Source of the DNA: Promethearchaeota archaeon
GTDB taxonomy: Archaea; Asgardarchaeota; Hermodarchaeia; Hermodarchaeales; Hermodarchaeaceae
Length of the DNA stretch: 36,090 nt
Direction of reading: 5' to 3'
NCBI GenBank assembly: GCA_048938385.1
Contig: JBHLMG010000024.1
Coordinates: 1-36,090, forward strand
The position numbers were made by a program, and so were the translations under genes. The notes under the pieces are model-generated. The model made no database searches. It saw only the letters and a program-made list of their open reading frames with translations, and was not told the DNA's origin. Below are positions 7,531-17,155 of this stretch, piece after piece (within the stretch, counting starts at the first letter, position 1; every line of letters starts with the position of its first letter).

Positions 7531-10116
7531 ATGAATAGTTCTAGGCTATTTTCAATAGTATTACTAGTCACGCTACTAACCCCCATGTGTATTTCTCCAG
7601 TGATGCTTCTACCCTCTTTGAATCCATCGGAGACTACGACCACGGCTGATAATTCTGCCTTCTTCAAGGACTCGCTAGCAGCGACCCTGCCTCCGAACGC
7701 GATTCGAGTCGCGATCTATGACGAACCCAACACTACAGCGCCTTCATATACGACGGTTCCGGGAACAATCAATAACAATGCGACACAATTAGCTGCGATG
7801 TTGAATGGTTATGGCTTCCAGACTACATTGCTGGATGTTCATGACATATATGATAATGCCTTAATGACAGCACATTTTGATGTGCTAGCCTTAGTAGACA
7901 ATTTCCCCCGCGAAAACATTACCAATAAAGTGGAAGACTTTTGGCTCGCAGGAGGAAGCCTCCTTGTCTTTGATGGCGCTGCTGAATACCTGTGTTACCG
8001 AGGTATCTTACCTCCTGAAACTGCAGGAGGTTCAGGCAACGGCGTTTACTGGTTCTACGGCTCCAAAGATTTCACCGTCTTTACCCGTCATCCGGTATCA
8101 AAGAGTTATGCCCTTTCTGATAACATTGATGCTGACGATTTATACAATTACTTCTATTGGGATTGGCCAACCATGTCAGGATCCTCGATTGGGTCCTACA
8201 TCACCCGTGTAGCTCAAACCGACGATGACCCTGATGGCTGCAGTGTCTTAGCCTTTGATCCTGAGGATCGGGGAGGCAAAATTGTAACTTTTGCCTACGA
8301 TTTCGCCCATGAAGCGTTACCTTCAGTCCACCCCATGATCCGGGATGCCATCCAATGGCTTTGTCCGCAACCAAAAGCTCGAATTGCTTTTGACCTCACG
8401 CATGAAATTTACTATGGAATTGATTCGTGGGATTGGGATCAATACCCTACCAGCGATTACGAAGACTGGCGTAATGATCTAGTTAGTCGGGGGTATCTTG
8501 TAGATAAACTCCAACCGAGTACAACTGGTAACTTAACTGAGACACGGTTAGCACCCTACGACACACTCGTTGTCGTAGCTCCTGGAGAAGATATAACAGC
8601 TGCCGAACGGACAGCTGTGACCAATTGGGTCACAGAAGGTGGTAGTCTACTTGCAATGGGTGATTTGATCGCGATCAATCCTCAGAACCAACGAATTAAC
8701 TTTCTCTTAGCTAACTTTGATTTACACCTCAACAACTCCAATAACGCTCCTGGAGTTCCAGGAACTGCATCAGGCATTACCTTGCATCCCACTAGGGAAG
8801 GTGCATCAGACTACTTTCTAACCAATGGTGGACTGGTAAATTATTCAGGAAATGCTCAACCCCTCTGGGGAATTGATGCAGGCAACATCATCATTGCCGC
8901 AGATGAACATGGAACAGGGCGCGTCGTTCTTACCTCTGATCTCAATGGATTCTCTAATGCAGATATTGGCTCGAGCTCTAATGAGCGAATCGCCATAAAT
9001 GTGATTAATTGGTTATCCTCGGCAAAAGCACGCGTGCTTGTCCTTTCAAATTGGCCGGTTACCGCCCCTCATATCTATCGATCCCCACTTGCTCTCGCAT
9101 TGAATAACTTAGGCATCAAATACTATCTTACAGGGCTTGGTGTACCTTCTATCTACTATCTTAACCTATCCCTGCACCTCTATTCCTGGGACTTGGTAAT
9201 TTACAACAATCCTGGATATTCGATGGCGTCCGCGTATCTTGACGAACTACTCGACTATGTTGATGCTGGTGGCTACTTAATTATGTCATACTTCTTCGCT
9301 GATGGAAATCCAACACATCCCTTCTGGGCAAAACTAGGTATGGAGTATAATAGCACTTACTCTGGTGAACCACCAATGTACATCTGGGATTCTAGCCATC
9401 ACATCTTCAATCAACCTATGCCGTACGGTGACACTGAATTCCAAGCACTCCCTGGTACATCCGATGATGGGGATAGTTTCAAAGTCTTTTCAAATGCAAC
9501 AGCCCTTGCAGGTTTAACCTCATCAGACACACCTGGCAACGCTACTATCATTTTACGAAATGACGGACGAACACTCTATAATGGCTACCTCATCGATTGC
9601 TTCTATGGTGATTATGATGATTCCACCTATGCTGACAACTTTGAACTGTGGATGAACGAGATCGCCTTCATCATGGCACCACGCTGTGTCTTCACACCTA
9701 ATGTCCCGGTCAGCCATGTCCAAGGCTTCCCCCTGACCTTCTCCGTCGACATCATCAACAACGGCCTCACCCCTGCTGTAGGTGGTAACCTCACCGTCAC
9801 CATTCCAGCCGCCCTGGGCATCCTCAGCGAATCCGCCACTCAACCCTTCGTCCTCGATCCCGGCGCAAGCACCACGATCACTTGGCACTCCACCGCAACC
9901 GGCGTTGCAAATCACACCATCACCTTCGATGGAACCTACCACGGCCTCCCAACTACCACTTACACCAGTGGAACCCTTACACGGTATCTCAACATCACAC
10001 CTGGTTTACCCTTTGCCTTGCCTTGGTGGTGGTGGATTGCGGCAATCGCCGTGATCGTCATCGTCGTCGTCATCATCTTAGTACTGTGTCTCCGGCGACG
10101 AAGCGGTTCGAAGTAA
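7531..10116 (+). CDS. membrane-anchored surface (glyco)protein, paralog of 4750-7356
   Basis: Signal peptide MNSSRLFSIVLLVTLL. Same three-domain architecture, near-identical C-terminal ~158 aa and the same PWWWW-TM-RRRSGSK tail. Confidence 0.75.
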   Translation: MNSSRLFSIVLLVTLLTPMCISPVMLLPSLNPSETTTTADNSAFFKDSLAATLPPNAIRVAIYDEPNTTAPSYTTVPGTINNNATQLAAMLNGYGFQTTLLDVHDIYDNALMTAHFDVLALVDNFPRENITNKVEDFWLAGGSLLVFDGAAEYLCYRGILPPETAGGSGNGVYWFYGSKDFTVFTRHPVSKSYALSDNIDADDLYNYFYWDWPTMSGSSIGSYITRVAQTDDDPDGCSVLAFDPEDRGGKIVTFAYDFAHEALPSVHPMIRDAIQWLCPQPKARIAFDLTHEIYYGIDSWDWDQYPTSDYEDWRNDLVSRGYLVDKLQPSTTGNLTETRLAPYDTLVVVAPGEDITAAERTAVTNWVTEGGSLLAMGDLIAINPQNQRINFLLANFDLHLNNSNNAPGVPGTASGITLHPTREGASDYFLTNGGLVNYSGNAQPLWGIDAGNIIIAADEHGTGRVVLTSDLNGFSNADIGSSSNERIAINVINWLSSAKARVLVLSNWPVTAPHIYRSPLALALNNLGIKYYLTGLGVPSIYYLNLSLHLYSWDLVIYNNPGYSMASAYLDELLDYVDAGGYLIMSYFFADGNPTHPFWAKLGMEYNSTYSGEPPMYIWDSSHHIFNQPMPYGDTEFQALPGTSDDGDSFKVFSNATALAGLTSSDTPGNATIILRNDGRTLYNGYLIDCFYGDYDDSTYADNFELWMNEIAFIMAPRCVFTPNVPVSHVQGFPLTFSVDIINNGLTPAVGGNLTVTIPAALGILSESATQPFVLDPGASTTITWHSTATGVANHTITFDGTYHGLPTTTYTSGTLTRYLNITPGLPFALPWWWWIAAIAVIVIVVVIILVLCLRRRSGSK

Positions 10117-10160
10117 CCCTCATAGGAGGCGCAAGCCTCCTCCTCCCCTCTTTTTTTCTG
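9641..10160 (+). repeat. 520-nt direct repeat, copy 2
   Basis: Matches 6881-7400 without gaps. Confidence 0.95.
10124..10157 (+). terminator. hairpin + U-tract terminator
   Basis: Identical to 7364-7397. Lies between convergent genes. Confidence 0.75.
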
Positions 10161-10169
10161 GTATGTTAT

Positions 10170-11792
10170 TCAGCCTGGGGGTTTCCGCCAACTCCGAAAG
10201 AGCGGTGCTTCTTGGATGTAGGGGCGTCCGGTAATTAACGCAAGTTCGGCTTTTGTTAATTCTCGCCCGATGTATGCTGCATGGTCTAGTTGAGAGACAA
10301 GTTTTCGAGTGATTATGCCCTCGATGAGTTGTTGAGCGGTTGCGCCTGATAGTTCTAGGGAAGGCGTTTCTCTGTCATCAGTTGTGTAGTGTCGCGCCAC
10401 CAGGCTGTTTTGCTCTCGATTTACATGAAATGTGAAATATCCTTGTGGATCCATTTTATGTGGTGCTCTGACTTCGGTAATTGATTCACGGGGGTATTCA
10501 GCATCAACGAAGAGCTTTAAGGTAGATTCGGGAAATTGTTTTGACTTTAACAACAAAAGATCTAAACCCAGATCTTTAGGCGGAGCGCGTCGACGGCGAG
10601 CTAGATACATCATTTGCGAGGCACGATACAGTTCCCATACGGCACCGTGTGTTTTTGGGCTGACCTCGGTGGTGAGAACTAAGGATACACCGAGTTCTAC
10701 AGCAATACCGGCAAGGAGGGCGTTCACACCAGGACTGTCAGCATCTATTAGTTCGGTAACATTTCCTACGCCCATTAGCATCGGTACTGTAGGTTCGCGT
10801 AAATGGAACTCTCTGTAAGCTTGTAGGGCGCGAGTTAGTCCTGGAGAAATTAAGGGATCACACAGCGGGTCTGCAATGAGTTTCTTAAAGCCTAAACTCC
10901 TCGCGTTGCTAATGTTATCGAATAGCAATTCGAGTCGTTCGTCTAGTGATTTTGGGAGGTCTCCACTTTCTCGTGTTGCGGGAATCACCGTGAAGGTAGG
11001 ATGTGACCGTTTAGTTTTCGGAATGTCAAGCATGTTGTCTTGGTCCAGACTCAAGACGAGGTCTGCACCGCCTTCAAGCCCTGCAAGGATCTCCTCAGTG
11101 TGTAGCGTATCGATGCTAATCATCACCGAGACCTCTTTTTGTAAAATACTAACGATTTCTCGGGCTGCTTTGGGATTTGGGGCCTCAGCAATCATTCCGA
11201 CATCAATGATGTGAGCTCCGCTGGCGACAAAATGTCGGGCGAGGCGCTTTAATTCGTCCCTTGGTCGAAGCGGGGCATCAGTAATCTCAGCTATTACTCG
11301 CATGGGTCGGCGTGGACCCACTAAGATACTCCGTTTCCCCTTCCCGATTTTCAGAACGGTTCTAGGGAGTTGGCCTTTGGGAGGGCGTTCAGCTTGAGCG
11401 AGGTCGCGACGGGCTTTTTTCTTCACTTCTTCGGCTAGTGCAATATCAGCGGGTTGCGTGGTGGATAATTGTGACAATTTTTCAGAGAGACTTTCTAATA
11501 ACAAGGGGAGGTCAGCAGCGTGTTGAGTGCCCTTAAAGGTAGGAATACCAGTAGCTTTAGTGACGATCGAAGTATCTCCTGAAATCATCCCAGGTAAAAG
11601 GATGAGATCCGTCTTTTCTAGTTGACCGCGTAGTCTGATTTGTGCTGATACATACTTTGGGTGCAGAAATGCAGCGACAGCTAATGGTAGGACTATCACA
11701 TCAATGGAGTGCGAGGATTTGGTCTGAGCTAATGCGTTTCGCACCAACGGCTCGGCAAGTTTTCCGGTTACCAATAAGACTTTCAATTCCAT
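10170..11792 (-). CDS. dihydropteroate synthase-like protein (archaeal MJ0107-type; N-terminal DUF6513 + pterin-binding barrel + C-terminal DUF4346)
   Basis: VLLVTGKLAE start, GAHIIDVG, SIDT, IADP, MGVGNVTELIDADSPGVN, MDPQGYF, SQLDHAAYIGREL.KAE. Located next to mptE and mptA. Confidence 0.88.
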   Translation of the reverse strand: MELKVLLVTGKLAEPLVRNALAQTKSSHSIDVIVLPLAVAAFLHPKYVSAQIRLRGQLEKTDLILLPGMISGDTSIVTKATGIPTFKGTQHAADLPLLLESLSEKLSQLSTTQPADIALAEEVKKKARRDLAQAERPPKGQLPRTVLKIGKGKRSILVGPRRPMRVIAEITDAPLRPRDELKRLARHFVASGAHIIDVGMIAEAPNPKAAREIVSILQKEVSVMISIDTLHTEEILAGLEGGADLVLSLDQDNMLDIPKTKRSHPTFTVIPATRESGDLPKSLDERLELLFDNISNARSLGFKKLIADPLCDPLISPGLTRALQAYREFHLREPTVPMLMGVGNVTELIDADSPGVNALLAGIAVELGVSLVLTTEVSPKTHGAVWELYRASQMMYLARRRRAPPKDLGLDLLLLKSKQFPESTLKLFVDAEYPRESITEVRAPHKMDPQGYFTFHVNREQNSLVARHYTTDDRETPSLELSGATAQQLIEGIITRKLVSQLDHAAYIGRELTKAELALITGRPYIQEAPLFRSWRKPPG

Positions 11793-11808
11793 CTTCCTCT
11801 TTTGTTAA

Positions 11809-12600
11809 TTATTCCCACGAGAAATGCTCTATGCGCCTGTTTGGAATTCCTGGAATTCGTACCTGAACGCCGGTTACATTAAACAGTTCGCTTTCACTCC
11901 AGGTTGCCAACCAAGAAAGTAGTTCTTTAGCTACCTCTAGTTTTTGTCGCTTTTCCGGTGAAGCCACAACATCAGTGATTAGTTCTGGCTTGGAGTATTG
12001 CCCGATAATGTTTCCGAGGTCCATGCCAGCCAATGCAATCTTAGCTGCATGTAATCCTTCTGCCCAAAAGACGCAACGATCGCCATCGGTAAAACCTCCT
12101 AGATTATACACTCCTGGTTGAGGGCGTGTCTGAGTTGAACCAATTGATCGGCGCTGATTAAGTCGAGGAACCCAAGTTTCAAGGGCGTTAATATTATCGC
12201 CATGGGCATGCACAATCACTACTGCGCTCTGCTGTTGAGCTGAGAGAATATCTTCGATTTTTCCATCTAGATCTGTCATGATATAATCAGGAACTAACCC
12301 ATATTCCAAACATGCAGTAGTGGCTCCATCTGCTGCAAAGATGACTGTGTTTTCAAACGCAATATTGGTTACAATGTGTTCGAGGTTAGTGCTAATTGAA
12401 GGACCTGCCCCACAGACGATGACCTTTTTGCCTTGTACTTTTTCCTTTAGGTACTCCAAGGTCAAGGCGACTTGTTTGATGTACTCACTGAGTAGGTTTG
12501 CAGCTTCTTGGTCTTTGGTGATGCTGTACTGAAATTGGTCAAGAATTTTCTGATACCTAGGCCACCACATCTTCAGATCTATTGGACTCAAAGAAAACAC
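11809..12600 (-). CDS. mptE: 6-hydroxymethyl-7,8-dihydropterin pyrophosphokinase MptE
   Basis: GAGPS, AADGA, TDLDG, HAHGDN, GGFTDGDR and GMD motifs. Confidence 0.92.
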   Translation of the reverse strand: MFSLSPIDLKMWWPRYQKILDQFQYSITKDQEAANLLSEYIKQVALTLEYLKEKVQGKKVIVCGAGPSISTNLEHIVTNIAFENTVIFAADGATTACLEYGLVPDYIMTDLDGKIEDILSAQQQSAVVIVHAHGDNINALETWVPRLNQRRSIGSTQTRPQPGVYNLGGFTDGDRCVFWAEGLHAAKIALAGMDLGNIIGQYSKPELITDVVASPEKRQKLEVAKELLSWLATWSESELFNVTGVQVRIPGIPNRRIEHFSWE

Positions 12601-12652
12601 CTAGCCCTGTGCTCTACTATCTGATCAACGAACACATCTCTGATAGCGAGTA

Positions 12653-13600
12653 TTAGGGGGTTGGGTTTTCATTAATCTGTCGTCGTGCATCGCCCATCGT
12701 AAGCCGCTCTTCTGCCACAAGGTCATGACGATGGATGCACTCTTCGTTCCGCTGCCAAAAATGTAATTCCATCTCATCAGGTAGATCTGGGTAGGCTTCA
12801 ACCACATTCTTAATCATCTGTCTGATGGCGTCTTCTACGAATTTCGGGTTCTTCAAAGCAGTTCGAACGATGGCGGCTTCATCGGGGCGTTTCAAGAGTT
12901 CATATGCGCTCGCGCTCATCGAGCGTTCAACGACACTCACCAGCTGTAACGCGTCAATGTAATACTCCTTTGGGATTTCGACCATCACTGAGCCGTAGCT
13001 CCGTTGCATATGGCTGCCAACGGGTAAATGATTAGTTATGCGATTAGCCTGCTCTTTGGTTAATTGGTGTAAGGTCTTCAGGTTTTCCTGTACTTCATCC
13101 CGTAGCATTTCTTGTGCACAAGGACAGGCCGTAATCCCGGTCACCGTTACGCCAATCCATCGGCGAATTCGGATTTTTCCTTGAGAAGTTCGAGATGCGA
13201 TGGCACGAGCTTTCATTGTACAGGACTCATAAGTGCGTATGGCTGTCTTCGGCGTTGTTCGAGCATAGACGACATCAGCCGCAGCATCAACTTCAGCTTC
13301 TGAAGCATAGTCATGCCGTTGTAGTTGTTCTTCCGCGATGTCGGCACACAAGTCTTCAAGGCGATGGAGTTTCTCAGCGTGTTGGCTTATTACTTCGATT
13401 GCACCTTCATAACTACGAGAAGGATGAATGCCCTTCTGATCGGCTGGTAAATCTACATAGACATCAAAGTTTGGGACGACAATGGCGGGTTGTTCTTCGA
13501 AAAAGATAAACTGAATTGGGACACGAATTCCAGTGACACCAACGCGGCGAACTGGAAGGGGAACATCGGGGGTGTCGTTATGAACATCACGAGGGGGCAA
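12653..13600 (-). CDS. mptA: GTP cyclohydrolase IV (MptA, FolE2 family)
   Basis: RVGV, KGIH.SR, TACPCA, H.QRS, LKRPDE, NPKFVED, E.IH.HD. TTG start. Confidence 0.93.
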   Translation of the reverse strand: MPPRDVHNDTPDVPLPVRRVGVTGIRVPIQFIFFEEQPAIVVPNFDVYVDLPADQKGIHPSRSYEGAIEVISQHAEKLHRLEDLCADIAEEQLQRHDYASEAEVDAAADVVYARTTPKTAIRTYESCTMKARAIASRTSQGKIRIRRWIGVTVTGITACPCAQEMLRDEVQENLKTLHQLTKEQANRITNHLPVGSHMQRSYGSVMVEIPKEYYIDALQLVSVVERSMSASAYELLKRPDEAAIVRTALKNPKFVEDAIRQMIKNVVEAYPDLPDEMELHFWQRNEECIHRHDLVAEERLTMGDARRQINENPTP

Positions 13601-13863
13601 GATAATTGACTCCGGGAACTGTCAGCAATAGCTATCCCTATAGCTTTTTCTAAATTATTGATTTTATTAATTCCTTATCAGTTTCTAGCACCTGAAGTTG
13701 GGTTTATAAGGGCTTAGTGAAAAGGCAATTCAAGGACCAAGAGAGAATCTGATTTTGCAATTAATGCAAAGGTGAAAAGGCGCTTTCGTCACCAAACGCC
13801 ATTTATAGTAGAAGCGCGCTGTAAGCTAGTTCCCGGTTCGGGACGATACATCAGGTCTGTTGC

Positions 13864-14283
13864 ATGGTTACATTGTTCAATGCACCGTTGGAGGACGGTC
13901 AATTGGATTACTCGACGATGCGGTTCAAGTGGTCTCTTCAAGCACTGGCTGCACCAGCTGAAGTCCAACTTCAGCTATTCCCAGATTACTCTTGGAAAGT
14001 CGATGAGCTTGCTATCGAGTTTGATCAGTGGTACCAGGTCATGAAACGTCGTCAGAGTTATTTTTCAACAAAGCAACGCCGCCTCCTTGAGGACTTGAAT
14101 CGGAAACTTGATGACATCAGTGGTCCTGAAAATCTTCGCTATTGGTTAGAAGATGCACTTCGGACTGATGCTGTTTGGGAGACTATTCGTAAAGTTGCTC
14201 GTAAAGTCCTTGAGGCGTTAGGCTGGCCCGTAATTGAACCGATAGGCAATCAAGGCACAGTTGCTGTTAATATTAATTACTAA
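13864..14283 (+). CDS. conserved hypothetical helical protein
   Basis: 139-aa ORF with the pattern LQALA.PA..Q...FP....DELA..FD...L..ISG...W...AL....W..IR..A...L..LGW, recalled from bacterial hypothetical proteins. Confidence 0.6.
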   Translation: MVTLFNAPLEDGQLDYSTMRFKWSLQALAAPAEVQLQLFPDYSWKVDELAIEFDQWYQVMKRRQSYFSTKQRRLLEDLNRKLDDISGPENLRYWLEDALRTDAVWETIRKVARKVLEALGWPVIEPIGNQGTVAVNINY

Positions 14284-14377
14284 CTGGTTGGCAACTTGAT
14301 TGTGTTTGTTGAAGAAACACATTAAGGTTAGATCACTGGCGGTTTGTATAGAAACATTCGATAGGCAGGATGCTACT

Positions 14378-15028
14378 ATGTCGATTTCATCGAGTCAACT
14401 AGCCCAGATGGGATTTTTAGAAGGTGATGTTGTTGAAACGATTGTCACAACGATCTCAGCTACGGATATCCCGAATGCTGCTCCAATGGGTGTATGGGTC
14501 GATTCAGGTGCTCGATTAACGATGCATCCTTACGAAGGGACAACGACAGCCATTAACATGAATCACACTGGGGAAGCTGTCATAAATTTAACTCATAACC
14601 CCCACATCTTTCTAGCAACTGCGTTCAAAGAAGAGCTTCAGACTTTGAAAATTCCTGCCTTCGTAGCTGCAAGGAAAGTGAGCACACCACGGTTAGAGGG
14701 TATGTCTGGGTACTTAGAAGTGAGTGTAGAATCAAGAAAAGAAATGGAAAAATCTGCCCGTTTTCAGGAATTTCAGTGCAACATTGAGCACCTTGAGATA
14801 TTATCACCCTTTCCTGTGGTTCACTCACGAGCTCGGTGTGCTGCAATCGAATGTGTAATTCATGCGACCCGTATCCGTGCATTACATCGTGTTGATGAAA
14901 AAATCACGCAAAGCTTGGTCTCTAAAATTCACGAACATCATGATGTGGTCAAGCGTATCGCTCCCGAGTCTCCATCAGCAACCGTCATCCAACACATAAT
15001 TGAACTACTACCTTGTTGGACGAGGTGA
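14378..15028 (+). CDS. DUF447 family protein (split-barrel; associated with H4MPT biosynthesis clusters)
   Basis: ETIVTT....PNAAPMGV, T..N...G..VIN, RA..A.IE..IHATR. Confidence 0.85.
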   Translation: MSISSSQLAQMGFLEGDVVETIVTTISATDIPNAAPMGVWVDSGARLTMHPYEGTTTAINMNHTGEAVINLTHNPHIFLATAFKEELQTLKIPAFVAARKVSTPRLEGMSGYLEVSVESRKEMEKSARFQEFQCNIEHLEILSPFPVVHSRARCAAIECVIHATRIRALHRVDEKITQSLVSKIHEHHDVVKRIAPESPSATVIQHIIELLPCWTR

Positions 15029-15033
15029 GGAAT

Positions 15034-16023
15034 TTGGGTGGCGAGACAATTAATTCTGTCAAAATTCGAACCACCGCCCGATTACACTTGGGATTCATCG
15101 ATTTGCATGGTGGTTTAGGGCGCATCTATGGATCGCTAGGTGTTGCCCTTTCTCAACCTGCAACAGTTCTTGAAATCCAGCGAACTAAAAAAGGGTTGGT
15201 AGTATCGGGGGAAAATCAGCAACGCGTCTCTTCAATTGCTACACAACTAATCGACCACTTCGATTACAGAGAGGGGCTGCAGATAACGGTTTGGGAATCT
15301 ATCCCCCAACATGTAGGTTTAGGGTCTGGAACACAACTGGCACTTGCTTTAGGTCTAGGAGTAACAATGTTAAAGGGGATAGAAATCACTATTCCACAAC
15401 TAGCCCAAATACTACATCGAGGTGTAGTCTCAGGAATTGGAACTGCGACATTTACACACGGGGGCTTTGTAATCGATGGTGGGCGTACCTCGAATAGAGT
15501 AGCTATGAACCACTCTGTTGAAATTCCTCCGCTCCTCTTTCGACACGATGTGCCTGGTGATTGGTTGTTTGTAGTTGCTCTTCCAAGGGTTAAAAAGGGG
15601 CTTAGTGGTGAACAAGAACGCATTGCGTTCGATTCCTTACCTACGGGTCCAAAACAACAAGCGGAGAAAACTAGTCGTTTAATCCTTATGAAACTCCTAC
15701 CTGCCTTAATCGAAGATGACATCAAGCGATTTGGGGAAGCCCTAACCAGAATTCAGATACTTGTCGGCGATGCGTTTTCTGCGGCACAAGGAGGTCGGTT
15801 TGCAAGTTCCGAGGTTGCTAATTGCGTAAGCGCGATGTTAGATGCAGGGGCAGTTGGTGCAGGACAAAGTTCGTGGGGTCCGGCTTGTTATGGGCTTGTT
15901 CGGGGTCAGAAAAACGCGGAGCTATTGCAAAAGGCCGTCTCTGCTGCCATGGAAGCGGGTAGAGGTGGATCGGCGTTTTTTTCTTCAGCGAACAATCAGG
16001 GTGCACGGGTTATAACGAATTAG
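15034..16023 (+). CDS. mptG: beta-ribofuranosylaminobenzene 5'-phosphate (RFAP) synthase, GHMP family
   Basis: ARLHLG.IDL.G..GR.YG..G, IPQHVGLGSGTQ, SGIG...F..GGF.IDGG, GQSSWGP. Start chosen after SD GAGGTGA; the frame is open from 15013. Confidence 0.92.
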   Translation: MGGETINSVKIRTTARLHLGFIDLHGGLGRIYGSLGVALSQPATVLEIQRTKKGLVVSGENQQRVSSIATQLIDHFDYREGLQITVWESIPQHVGLGSGTQLALALGLGVTMLKGIEITIPQLAQILHRGVVSGIGTATFTHGGFVIDGGRTSNRVAMNHSVEIPPLLFRHDVPGDWLFVVALPRVKKGLSGEQERIAFDSLPTGPKQQAEKTSRLILMKLLPALIEDDIKRFGEALTRIQILVGDAFSAAQGGRFASSEVANCVSAMLDAGAVGAGQSSWGPACYGLVRGQKNAELLQKAVSAAMEAGRGGSAFFSSANNQGARVITN

Positions 16024-17117
16024 GCTTCCCGATACATGTTACGAATTTGCTTAGCCTGAGGAAGACTAATCCAGTCAAGCACGGTTCCACTGCATTCACG
16101 CAAACGCATTGCCTTAACGAGTTGATCTGAGGGACCACCAGCCAATCCTTCTGCAAACAGGGCCGCACCTTGCGCAGCTTCCTTTGCTTTATCTCCAAGT
16201 CGTTGAACTCGGCGAACTGGATAACCAAACTGTTGCATACGGGATTCAAGGTTTTCCACAAGAGTGGGAACGCGTGTTAATCTACCAGAGAGTAGAATTT
16301 CATGAGGTTTTGGCACAGAGACGTTCAGGCTTGCTACCGCCTTGACGAGTCCTTCGGCGACAGCATTCCAAGCTTCTAATGCCTTTACATCTCCTTGATC
16401 TAATTTGTCAGCAAAGTCTTCTGGGCTAAGGGTAGAATCCTTGAGCAGAGAGAGAACACCTCCTTGAAATAAGGTTCCTTTCGAGAATCCGCGAAGAAGA
16501 TAGGCGAGTTCTCCATCCATTCCTCCGAGGGTCAAAAAACCAGGTCCGCCGATGGTTCCTCCCACTCCATCAACTACTAAACCGTTTTTTACACCAACGG
16601 CAGCGGGGTAGCCATAACCAAGCTCGACAAGAATAAAAGAAGCTTCCTTAAAGGAAAGTTTGAGGTGCCGGGCTTGATCGTAGACTCCTAGAATTGCGCA
16701 ACATAATTTATCCGCCGTGCCAAGATCGATTCTATTGTGTTTCCGCCATACCGGCACTGAGTGGAGATGAATGACACCTGGAATGAACATCATATTAATG
16801 TCGGTTTTTTGTACGAGTCGCACCATGTCCTTAATGGCTTCCAAAACTGGGATTTTATCATCATCGTGTCGTACTAAGACAAGTTGGAAAAACTCCTTTT
16901 CGCCCACATCTTTCGCAGGTAATAAGGGGAGGCCATAACCGGAAGGTCCAGCAACGAGATCAATTTCACCTGCTTCGGTGATAATATCTAAGATGCTTTG
17001 CGGATTTTCTGCGACTTCCACACTTGTAATGGAAGTCTGTAGGAAGACTTCTCCATCTTCGAGTCCACAGAAATCAAACGATCGAGTACCAGGGTCAATA
17101 CCAATAACACGAACCAT
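16020..17117 (-). CDS. DUF1464 family protein (ASKHA/butyrate-kinase-like)
   Basis: VIGIDPGTRSFD, GPSGYG, PGVIHL..VP..RK.N.IDLGTADK, DG.GGT, MDGELAY, KEAAQGAA. Confidence 0.85.
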   Translation of the reverse strand: MVRVIGIDPGTRSFDFCGLEDGEVFLQTSITSVEVAENPQSILDIITEAGEIDLVAGPSGYGLPLLPAKDVGEKEFFQLVLVRHDDDKIPVLEAIKDMVRLVQKTDINMMFIPGVIHLHSVPVWRKHNRIDLGTADKLCCAILGVYDQARHLKLSFKEASFILVELGYGYPAAVGVKNGLVVDGVGGTIGGPGFLTLGGMDGELAYLLRGFSKGTLFQGGVLSLLKDSTLSPEDFADKLDQGDVKALEAWNAVAEGLVKAVASLNVSVPKPHEILLSGRLTRVPTLVENLESRMQQFGYPVRRVQRLGDKAKEAAQGAALFAEGLAGGPSDQLVKAMRLRECSGTVLDWISLPQAKQIRNMYREA

Positions 17118-17155
17118 ATTTTTTTCGCTCCAAAGATCGATTAAATGATGGAAGG

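Noticed and set aside
6881-10160. Diversity-generating retroelement TR/VR pair
   Set aside because: Mismatches are mostly synonymous and not restricted to adenines, both copies are coding, and there is no reverse transcriptase in the window.
13772-14044. 90-aa alternative ORF and the other short overlapping ORFs in the track
   Set aside because: They overlap better-supported genes in other frames and have no recognisable motifs.
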